From Hydrolagus colliei (Eukaryota), in contig CM068752.1 in the NCBI GenBank assembly GCA_035084275.1, positions 8,122,001-8,186,000 on the forward strand: a stretch of DNA of 64,000 nucleotides. Reading direction: 5' to 3'. Shown piece by piece: positions 40,365-50,130 of the stretch. The notes beneath the pieces were generated by a model. That model was not told the origin of the DNA. It saw nothing but the letters and a program-made list of their open reading frames with translations, and did not search any database. The translations under genes and the position numbers were made by a program. Position 1 is the first letter of the stretch. Each line of letters starts with the position of its first letter.

Positions 40365-42362
40365 ATGATGAAAATTATCAGCGACTGGATGTTGTGTTGG
40401 ATGGTCCTGTATTCGGTCTTCTTGCTTTGTGTCCCAGAGCTGACCTGAAGAAGACAAATTCGCTACTCAATTCTCGAAGAACTGGAGTGTGGCGCCTTTG
40501 TTAGGAATGTTGTTGAGGATATGTGAATGGATAACCAGAACTACCAAGAAGGAACTGGAGGTTGGATTTGAGGATATAAATCAGTATTTCGAGGTAAATG
40601 TCAAAACTGGGTGGTTGTTTGTGAATGAAATGGCCGATAGTTCTCTAGGTGTGGCAAACACCTAACTGTTTAATTTAGTTTGAGAGAACGATGGAAAATC
40701 CTTTCGAAATTCAAAGCGTTAATGTGCAGATATTAGATATAAAAGACAATCCTCTGAATTTTCTGGAGCAAGAGCATTTGCATTTCCTTGCAAATCTGAG
40801 CTGATAGGACTGAGAGCAATTTCCTCTGGAGAGCGGGCAAGACTCAGACGAGCGCATGAATGGAATCAACACTTACTGCATAAATTCGAATGTGTACTTC
40901 ATCGTGCAAATCCCAATTGGAACCGGTGGTGCTTAGGTGATCGGATTACGTTACGGAAGTTGTTAGACCGTGAACTATAGATTCAGTCTGATGGAAAACA
41001 CGCCAAGCTGGTGATAAAGCTTAACGCCGACGAAGCCGATGAGGGATCTAATTGTGAGGTTAGTTATTATTTTAGTAATGCTGCCACACAGAAAGTGTGA
41101 GCATAGTTCAGTTCACCATGGACTGGAAAGATTAGTGCTCAAAGTTCATTTGATTTTGAAGAAACGAATGGCTATGAGCTTGACTTGGACGCTGCAGCAC
41201 ACCAGCCATGGCAGGACATTCCAATCGTGTTGATGCCCTAATTGATGTGAACGATATCGCTCCAATTACAAATCTGACTGATGTATCCAGCACTATCTTG
41301 GAGTGCGCTGTACCTGGAATTACGATAACTACAATTATAGTAACAGACACAAATCCTGGGAAGATTAGGCAAGTCTGATGCCAGATACTTATGAATGATC
41401 CGTTTAAACTTTAGTCTTTGTTGGATATTCAATCAAGGTTGGTCACACGTAACATGCTGGACCGTGAAATATCCCGATTTTATAACATTACCGCATTAGC
41501 CTGGGATGCAGACACCCCATCTCTTACCACGAACAAAACTATCCCAGTGCTAGTGTCTGATATCAATGACAAAGCGCCCCGATTTAACCATACCACATAT
41601 GTGATGGAGAACAATTCCTACATCTCTTATGCCATCCTGGAGATTCGGACAAGGACCGTGTCATCATTCCTTAAGTAATATTGACTGAAAAAGTGGGAAC
41701 GTTTACGCGCTGCGATCCTTTGACTATCGGCCGCTGAAAAACATTCAGCTCCAAGTCCAGGCGCGGGATTCCGGGTCCCCGCCACTGAGCAGCAGCGCCG
41801 CAGTGAATGTGATTATCTTGGATCAAAATGATAACGCTCCCGTGGTGGTTTCCCCTGTAACCCGGCCAATGGACAACCAAGCCTCTTCACCAGCGTCACC
41901 ATCGTGTTTGTAATCGTAGCCAATGCTTTCGTGACGACACTGCAACACATTGATCAACTGGGACAGTTTGAGCATTTCTCTGATCTGCATCTGTAATTGA
42001 TTATCACGTTTTCCATTACATCGATTAGATTTCTGGTTACCATAATGGTCCTTGTTGCCATGAAATATCCCCAGGATGTGAAGATTACGCACGGATACAG
42101 CTCTGGATTTTGTTGTTGCAGAAGGGACTTGTTGGCCGGTTTTAATCGGACATCCGCCCCAAAGGATACCCTAACTTATGCCGGAGTGTGAGGGAAAGCA
42201 CTCCCATTCCTGAACTTTCTAACTATAGATGTCCTCTGCACCCTGAAACAACCAAAGGCGAATTTCCATTTGTTGCAGTCATACAGTTCAATTTTGCCAC
42301 AAAATAATGCGAAAATAGTTGGTACTAATGTGGATATCGCAAGTGCTGGTGGGAATATGTAG
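40365..42362 (+). pseudogene. g12: heavily decayed group A protocadherin pseudogene
   Basis: Remnants [63 protein letters not shown] and TM/FCCC, with many stops, frameshifts and deletions. Ends are approximate. Confidence 0.9.
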
Positions 42363-42549
42363 ATGGCGTTCAATGGGCGAATCCTCAAACTTAAATGATT
42401 TAATTGACAAACACACTTTTTTCTCTCTCGCAGAAATGATCCTGTCTTGATCTCGAAAATCTTGGTCTATATATTGTAATCCTTAAGTGCAAGCAATCGC
42501 ACGAATCGTGCAGGATATCGACAGATAAGTCCCCACTTTGGCTTTGTTA

Positions 42550-42885
42550 GCCTTCAACTTGATAACTTTACATCTTACTTCTCTATCTTCGATTGTCCTA
42601 AACTAATGGCTGAGGAGATGCTGATATTTATAGATCCAAACGCACACGATAACAGTTTTTTTTTTGTCAGATGTGGATGGAATATTTCGGCATACAACAC
42701 AATTCATGCTCAAATAGACTAACGATTATCTTACTAGTATGGTTGCATGCTTTATTTATTTAACACAATTGAAAACGATATTGAATGGAGAAGCGTTTTA
42801 TTGTTTGAAGTATGGTTGAGTTTCAGTGGCCAATCGTTGGATTGCAACAACATCCTTCAAGCTGTAAAGTTATCAAGTTGAAGGC
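42550..42885. repeat. 23-bp perfect inverted repeat bounding ~340 bp (possible MITE)
   Basis: GCCTTCAACTTGATAACTTTACA (42550-42572) and TGTAAAGTTATCAAGTTGAAGGC (42863-42885); extends imperfectly on both sides. Confidence 0.7.
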
Positions 42886-43104
42886 GAGCAACAACTATTC
42901 TTTTTAATAGGAAACCACAGAAGGTTAGCAGCAATAAATACATTAGAATTTACTACACATGTTCAAAAAGAATGTTAAAGAATCGATGTTGTTAATTTCC
43001 ATATATGCTTGTCGATGCTTTAATTGGAATGTACCCACATGTGTTTTATTGCTGTGATGTTCGTGTAACAACAACAACAAAATTATACTTTTATAGGTGT
43101 AGTA

Positions 43105-43173
43105 CAGCTTTAAGACCAGTTTAGTGCAATTATTGGTCAAGGCTGCTCGTGTCGCTGTCTGCCAATGAGGAGC
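43105..43173 (+). promoter_or_regulatory. CSE/CGCT-box promoter element of g13
   Basis: CAGCTTTAAG..TGCAATTATTGG..CGTGTCGCTGTCTGCCAATGAGGAGC. Confidence 0.85.
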
Positions 43174-43410
43174 TGGGAGGCTGCGAGAGATCTACCCCCT
43201 TTTCAGCCTCACAAAAGACCGACCATAATCACGGAGGAAAGACAAGCGTTTAAGCCGTTGTGCAGTGTTCCGAACGATTCGAGTCGATTGTTTCCAAGTG
43301 TTGCGATCTCATGTGGGTGTTTATGAATCATTAACAAATGTTCTTTGTGGATTACCAAAATTATTCGGGTGTCTAAGCGTTTTTTTTTGTTGTTTAAAAA
43401 CCCAGTTAAA

Positions 43411-45789
43411 ATGGCGAATGGACTCGGCTGCTGGGCGTCTTTCTTTTTCCTGATAACATTCCCAGGTTTGGTTTCCGCACAAGTTCGGTATTCCATTGTG
43501 GAAGAATTGAAACACGGCGCCTTTGTGGGGAATATTGCAGAAGATTTGGGATTGAAGGTGCAGGACCTGAACACTCGCAAATGCCGGCTGCTCTCCGATA
43601 ACAACAAACAGTATTTGGCCATGAATCTGAATAATGGGATTTTATTTGTTAACGAAAGAATGGACAGAGAACAGCTGTGCGGGCAGAGCTCCTTGTGTTC
43701 CATTGCCTTTGAGGTAAGGATAGAAAACCCTTTGGAAATGTTTGGTTTTGAAGTGGAGGTTTTAGATGTAAACGACAATTCTCCCAGATTCCCGCAGAGC
43801 TCATTCTCCATTCAAGTCGCAGAGTCCATCGCACTCGGAGCGCGCTTCCTTCTCGAGAGGGCGCAAGATCCCGATGTGGGGACTAACACAGTCAGTACCT
43901 ATCTGATCAGTTCAAACGAATATTTCGGCCTGAAAATGCAGACTAGAAGCGATGGGAAAAAAGTGGCCGAGTTGTCCTTAGAGAAACCATTGGATCGAGA
44001 AAGACAGTCCGTTTTAAAACTGGTTCTAACGGCCTTTGACGGTGGGAGTCCAGCTAGATCTGGTACAACTCAGATCATAATCACAATATTGGACATAAAT
44101 GATAATGTACCCGTATTTGACCGTGAAGTTTATAGAGTACGTATGCTGGAAAACTCTCCCAGGGGTAGCTTTGTGACAAAAATTCAAGCAAAGGATTTGG
44201 ATGAAGGAATAAATGCTGAGATAAAATATTCTTTCAGTGGTCATGCCGGACAGGAAGAGCAAGAATTATTTTCGTTGGACCCGAAAACTGGAGATATCAG
44301 GGTTCAAGGAATATTGGATTATGAAAAAGCTAATGTGTTTGAACTTGATGTACAAGCGGTGGACAATGGTGCATTCGCCATGACAGGGCGCTCGAAAGTT
44401 GTTGTCGCTTTAATTGATGTAAACGACAACGCCCCTGGGATCAAATTAACCTCAGTGTCCAGCACAGTGCGTGAGGATGCTGTGCCAGGGACTGTGATAG
44501 CGATGATCAGTGTAACAGACAGGGATATTGGGAAAAATGCAGATGTTCAATGTCAGATCCCCTTGCATCTCCCGTTTAAACTACAGAAATATCCAATTAA
44601 TAAGTATAAGTTAATCACAAATAATAGGATGGACCGTGAAAAAATCGAATTCTACAATATAACTGTAACGGCCTGGGACTCGGGATCTCCCCCACTCTCA
44701 ACAAATAAAACTATCCTGGTAACAGTGTCTGACATCAATGACAACGCGCCCCGCTTTGACCAGCCCTCCTACACCGCATATGTGATGGAGAATAACGCTC
44801 CGGGTGACTCCATTCTATCAGTTACAGCTTTGGATCCTGATTCAGACCAGAATTCCTACATCTCCTATTCTATTCTGGAGAATCACATACAGGAGCTGAT
44901 GTCCTTTCCTTATATCAGTGTTGACACCAAAAGTGGGAACGTTTACGCGCTGCGATCCTTTGATTACGAGCAGCTCAAAAACTTTCAGCTCCAAGTCCAG
45001 GCGCGGGATTCCGGGTCCCCGCCACTGAGCAGCAGCGCCGCAGTGAATGTGATTATCTTGGATCAAAATGACAACGCTCCCGTGGTGGTTTCCCCTGTAA
45101 CCCGGAACGGATCAGCAACTGTGGATCCGGTGCCTCAGTCGGCACCTGCAGGTTACTTGGTGACCAAGGTAATGGCGACTGATGCTGATTCTGGTCAGAA
45201 CGCACGGCTTTCATATCAATTGCGTAAAGCTACCGATCCCAGTCTAATCAACATCGGACTCAAAAGTGGAGACATCAGGTTAATCCGAAGTGTATCTAGC
45301 CACGATGCCACCTCCCAAACTCTCCTTATCTCGGTAACTGACAACGGGCAGCCAAGCCTCTCTGCTACAGTGACTGTCGCATTTTCAATAGTTCCCAATG
45401 TCACAGAAAAGTATTTTGAACGCAGTAATGTTGTGGAAAACTCTAAGAATTTTTCTGATTTGAATCTGTATTTAATTGTCACATTAGGATCAACCTCCTT
45501 GATATTCCTTTTGACCATTATGGTTCTAATTGCCATAAAATGCCACCAAGATAGTGACAATGGAGACGACGGTAATTTCTGCTGTTGCAGAATGAGAGAT
45601 TCAAGGAATAATTTTAGACGGAGATCTGCACCCAAAGAATCTCTGAACTATAGTGGGGTTAGAGACAGTGTCCCTATTCCTAGTTCTTACAATTACAGAT
45701 TCAGTGTTTCTCCAGACTCTGCCAAACCTGATTTTTTATTTCTAAAACACTATGCTCCAACCCTACCCCATAACCCTGAAAATCTCTGA
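43411..45789 (+). CDS. g13: clustered protocadherin (group A), 792 aa
   Basis: ATG at 43411 (MANGLGCW); SP-6EC-TM-tail; tail shortened by an apparent frameshift. Confidence 0.95.
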   Translation: MANGLGCWASFFFLITFPGLVSAQVRYSIVEELKHGAFVGNIAEDLGLKVQDLNTRKCRLLSDNNKQYLAMNLNNGILFVNERMDREQLCGQSSLCSIAFEVRIENPLEMFGFEVEVLDVNDNSPRFPQSSFSIQVAESIALGARFLLERAQDPDVGTNTVSTYLISSNEYFGLKMQTRSDGKKVAELSLEKPLDRERQSVLKLVLTAFDGGSPARSGTTQIIITILDINDNVPVFDREVYRVRMLENSPRGSFVTKIQAKDLDEGINAEIKYSFSGHAGQEEQELFSLDPKTGDIRVQGILDYEKANVFELDVQAVDNGAFAMTGRSKVVVALIDVNDNAPGIKLTSVSSTVREDAVPGTVIAMISVTDRDIGKNADVQCQIPLHLPFKLQKYPINKYKLITNNRMDREKIEFYNITVTAWDSGSPPLSTNKTILVTVSDINDNAPRFDQPSYTAYVMENNAPGDSILSVTALDPDSDQNSYISYSILENHIQELMSFPYISVDTKSGNVYALRSFDYEQLKNFQLQVQARDSGSPPLSSSAAVNVIILDQNDNAPVVVSPVTRNGSATVDPVPQSAPAGYLVTKVMATDADSGQNARLSYQLRKATDPSLINIGLKSGDIRLIRSVSSHDATSQTLLISVTDNGQPSLSATVTVAFSIVPNVTEKYFERSNVVENSKNFSDLNLYLIVTLGSTSLIFLLTIMVLIAIKCHQDSDNGDDGNFCCCRMRDSRNNFRRRSAPKESLNYSGVRDSVPIPSSYNYRFSVSPDSAKPDFLFLKHYAPTLPHNPENL

Positions 45790-46465
45790 TACCAATGCGG
45801 GAAAAGAATTTGCCCAGGAAGCCAATAGATATTGATTCACTGGCAGTAGTGGAATCATTCGGTTTAAGAATCCAACCTCGATTCATATGATAACAGATAG
45901 AAACGTTAGATGTCAGATGGAATTTTTAAAAAAGTTTTGACCATTAACTTATTATCTTGGACAAAACGTTCCAACAAATATAGAACTGTAAAATTCAACA
46001 CATTGGAACATATGCAACACGAAAATCAATATTATGAATACTAAAGCCAACAAGATATGCACTAATATCGGATTCAAATTTATAGTATTGATATTCAAAG
46101 TCAATTTCGTGGATCAATTATGGCAACCGATTTTACGAAATCAGGAAGATACCCTTAATAAGATCTAAAGGGAGGTTGGAAATCTTTGAGTAAAGCACCA
46201 AAATACGAAGAGGAAATTATTACTGGTTGAGGGGCAGGATAGTGCTACAATTTTAACATCACATTTAATGTAGCTGAGGTGGCACTAAGTCCCACCCACC
46301 CCCCGCCACTCCACCCCCACTCCCAACTCTCCCCCCACTCCCCCCACGATTAAAAGTAACACAGTAAGTTTTTTTTTATAACGCCCATTAAACTCTACAT
46401 AGAATTTGAGAATTTTGAGCGTAGTAGAAAATATATCGCATCGTTCGTACGATGTTCGTGCAAGC

Positions 46466-46534
46466 CAGCTTTAAGGGAACGTTAGTGCAGTTATTGGTCG
46501 GGGCTCTTCGTGTCGCTGTGTGCCAATAAGGAGC
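46466..46534 (+). promoter_or_regulatory. CSE/CGCT-box promoter element of g14
   Basis: CAGCTTTAAG..TGCAGTTATTGG..CGTGTCGCTGTGTGCCAATAAGGAGC. Confidence 0.85.
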
Positions 46535-46770
46535 TGAAACGCAGCTCGAGATCTACCCCATTCTCTTCACAAAGGACAGGCCATAAGCAGAGGGAGGGAG
46601 AGAGAGACGAACAGTGCTTGTGTTTGCCTTGTGGATTCATATTCTGAATGACTGAGTGCCAGTGATTTTGGTCCAAGTTGAACGATGTTTGCGTTCATCA
46701 ATACATCGGTTTTGTCTTGAAAAACAAAACATCATTGGTGGAAACTGTTATGGAATTAACTCAGCCAAAG

Positions 46771-49149
46771 ATGGCGAATACACGCAGCATTTGGGCGTCT
46801 TTCGCTTTCCTCATAATGCTCTCAGGTTTAACGGCTGGATACGTTCAGTATTCAATTCCCGAGGAACTGAAACTCGGCGCCTTTGTAGGGAATATCGCTG
46901 AAGATTTGGGATTGAAGATTCGGGAGCTGGCGATTCGAAAATGTCGGCTGGTCTCTCACAATCAAAAACGATATTTGGAGGTGAATTTGGACAATGGGTT
47001 TTTATTTGTGAACGAAATAATCGACAGAGAACAGCTTTGTGGACCCAGCTCGACCTGTTTCCTTTCCTTTGAGGTAACGATGGAAAATCCTTTCCAAGTG
47101 TATGATTTTGAAATCGAAATATTAGACGTAAACGACAATTCTCCGACATTTCCGAAGAACTCATTTTCCATACAGATTGCCGAGTTGGTCGCCCCAGGAG
47201 CCCGTTTTCCTCTCGAGATGGCGCAAGATCCCGATGTGGGGACTAACACAGTCAGTACCTATCTGATCAGTTCAAACGAATATTTCGGCCTGAAAATGCA
47301 GACTAGAAGCGACGGGAAAAAAGTGGCCGAGTTGTCCTTAGAGAAACCATTGGATCGAGAAAGACAGTCCGTTTTAAAACTGTTTCTAACGGCCTTTGAC
47401 GGTGGGAGTCCAGCTAGATCTGGTACAGCTCAGATCGTAATCACAATATTGGACATAAATGATAATGTACCCGTATTTGACCGTGAAGTTTATAGAGTAC
47501 GTATGCTGGAAAACGCTCCCAAGGGTAGCTTTGTGTCAAAAATTCAAGCAAAGGATTTGGACGAAGGAATAAATGCTGAGGTAAAATATTCTTTCAGTGG
47601 TCATGCCGGACAGGAAGAGCAAGAATTATTTACGTTGGACCCGAAAACTGGAGATATCAGGGTTCAAGGAATATTGGATTATGAAAAAGCTAATGTGTTT
47701 GAACTTGATGTACAAGCGGTGGACAATGGTGCATTCGCCATGACAGGGCGCTCGAAAGTTGTTGTCGCTTTAATTGATGTAAACGACAACGCCCCTGGGA
47801 TCAAATTAACCTCAGTGTCCAGCACAGTGCGTGAGGATGCTGTGCCAGGGACTGTGATAGCGATGATCAGTGTAACAGACAGGGATATTGGGAAAAATGC
47901 AGATGTTCAATGTCAGATCCCCTTGCATCTCCCGTTTAAACTACAGAAATATCCAATTAATAAGTATAAGTTAATCACAAATAATAGGATGGACCGTGAA
48001 AAAATCGAATTCTACAATATAACTGTAACGGCCTGGGACTCGGGATCTCCCCCACTCTCAACAAATAAAACTATCCTGGTAACAGTGTCTGACATCAATG
48101 ACAACGCGCCCCGGTTTGACCAGCCCTCCTACACCGCATATGTGATGGAGAATAACGCTCCGGGTGACTCCATTCTATCAGTTACAGCTTTGGATCCTGA
48201 TTCAGACCAGAATTCCTACGTCTCCTATTCTATTCAGGAGAATCACAAACAGGAGCTGATGTCCTTTCCTTATATCAGTGTGGACACCAAAAGTGGGAAC
48301 GTTTACGCGCTGCGATCCTTTGATTACGAGCAGCTCAAAAACTTTCAGCTCCAAGTCCAGGCGCGGGATTCCGGGTCCCCACCACTGAGCAGCAGCGCCG
48401 CAGTGAATGTGATTATCTTGGATCAAAATGACAACGCTCCCGTGGTGGTTTCCCCTGTAACCCGGAACGGATCAGCAACTGTGGATCCGGTGCCTCAGTC
48501 GGCACCTGCAGGTTACTTGGTGACCAAGGTGATGGCGACTGATGTTGATTCTGGTCAGAACGCACGGCTTTCATATCAATTGCGTAAAGCTACCGATCCC
48601 AGTCTAATCAACATCGGACTCAAAAGTGGAGACATCAGGTTAATCCGAAGTGTATCTAGCCACGATGCCACCTCCCAAACTCTCCTTATCTCGGTAACTG
48701 ACAACGGGCAGCCAAGCCTCTCTGCTACAGTGACTGTCGCATTTTCAATAGTTCCCAATGTCACAGAAAAGTATTTTGAACGCAGTAATGTTGTGGAAAA
48801 CTCTAAGAATTTTTCTGATTTGAATCTGTATTTAATTGTCACATTAGGATCAACCTCCTTGATATTCCTTTTGACCATTATGGTTCTAATTGCCATAAAA
48901 TGCCACCAAGATAGTGACAATGGAGACGACGGTAATTTCTGCTGTTGCAGAATGAGAGATTCAGGGAATAATTTTAGACGGAGATCTGCACCCAAAGAAT
49001 CTCTGAACTATAGTGGGGTTAGAGACAGTGTCCCTATTCCTAGTTCTTACAATTACAGATTCAGTGTTTCTCCAGACTCTGCCAAACCTGATTTTTTATT
49101 TCTAAAACACTATGCTCCAACCCTACCCCATAACACTGAAAATCTCTGA
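46771..49149 (+). CDS. g14: chimeric clustered protocadherin (5' from g15, 3' from g13), 792 aa
   Basis: ATG at 46771 (MANTRSIW; in-frame ATG also at 46750). SP/EC1 are identical to g15; the rest is near-identical to g13. Confidence 0.93.
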   Translation: MANTRSIWASFAFLIMLSGLTAGYVQYSIPEELKLGAFVGNIAEDLGLKIRELAIRKCRLVSHNQKRYLEVNLDNGFLFVNEIIDREQLCGPSSTCFLSFEVTMENPFQVYDFEIEILDVNDNSPTFPKNSFSIQIAELVAPGARFPLEMAQDPDVGTNTVSTYLISSNEYFGLKMQTRSDGKKVAELSLEKPLDRERQSVLKLFLTAFDGGSPARSGTAQIVITILDINDNVPVFDREVYRVRMLENAPKGSFVSKIQAKDLDEGINAEVKYSFSGHAGQEEQELFTLDPKTGDIRVQGILDYEKANVFELDVQAVDNGAFAMTGRSKVVVALIDVNDNAPGIKLTSVSSTVREDAVPGTVIAMISVTDRDIGKNADVQCQIPLHLPFKLQKYPINKYKLITNNRMDREKIEFYNITVTAWDSGSPPLSTNKTILVTVSDINDNAPRFDQPSYTAYVMENNAPGDSILSVTALDPDSDQNSYVSYSIQENHKQELMSFPYISVDTKSGNVYALRSFDYEQLKNFQLQVQARDSGSPPLSSSAAVNVIILDQNDNAPVVVSPVTRNGSATVDPVPQSAPAGYLVTKVMATDVDSGQNARLSYQLRKATDPSLINIGLKSGDIRLIRSVSSHDATSQTLLISVTDNGQPSLSATVTVAFSIVPNVTEKYFERSNVVENSKNFSDLNLYLIVTLGSTSLIFLLTIMVLIAIKCHQDSDNGDDGNFCCCRMRDSGNNFRRRSAPKESLNYSGVRDSVPIPSSYNYRFSVSPDSAKPDFLFLKHYAPTLPHNTENL

Positions 49150-49825
49150 TACCAATGCGGGAAAATAATTTGCCCAGGAAGCCAATAGATATTGATTCAC
49201 TGGCAGTAGTGGAATCATTCGGTTTAAGAATCCAACCTCGATTCATATGATAACAGATAGAAACGTTAGATGTCAGATGGAATTTTTTAAAAAGTTTTGA
49301 CCATTAAATTATTATCTTGGACAAAACGTTCCAACAAATATAGAACTGTAAAATTCAACACATTGGAACATATGCAACACGAAAATCAATATTATGAATA
49401 CTAAAGCCAACAAGATATGCACTAATATCGGATTCAAATTTATAGTATTGATATTCAAAGTCAATTTCGTGGATCAATTATGGCAACCAATTTTACGAAA
49501 TCAGGAAGATACCCTTAATAAGATCTAAAGGGAGGTTGGAAATCTTTGAGTAAAGCACCAAAATACGAAGAGGAAATTATTACTGGTTGAGGGGCAGGAT
49601 AGTGCTACAATTTTAACATCACATTTAATGTAGCTGAGGTGGCACTAAGTCCCACCCACCCCCCGCCACTCCACCCCCACTCCCAACTCTCCCCCCACTC
49701 CCCCCACGATTAAAAGTAACACAGTAAGTTTTTTTTTATAACGCCCATTAAACTCTACATAGAATTTGAGAATTTTGAGCGTAGTAGAAAATATATCGCA
49801 TCGTTCGTACGATGTTCGTGCAAGC

Positions 49826-49894
49826 CAGCTTTAAGGGAACGTTAGTGCAGTTATTGGTCGGGGCTCTTCGTGTCGCTGTGTGCCAATAAGGAGC
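49826..49894 (+). promoter_or_regulatory. CSE/CGCT-box promoter element of g15 (identical to that of g14)
   Basis: Copy of 46466-46534 at +3360. Confidence 0.85.
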
Positions 49895-50130
49895 TGAAAC
49901 GCAGCTCGAGATCTACCCCATTCTCTTCACAAAGGACAGGCCATAAGCAGAGGGAGGGAGAGAGAGACGAACAGTGCTTGTGTTTGCCTTGTGGATTCAT
50001 ATTCTGAATGACTGAGTGCCAGTGATTTTGGTCCAAGTTGAACGATGTTTGCGTTCATCAATACATCGGTTTTGTCTTGAAAAACAAAACATCATTGGTG
50101 GAAACTGTTATGGAATTAACTCAGCCAAAG

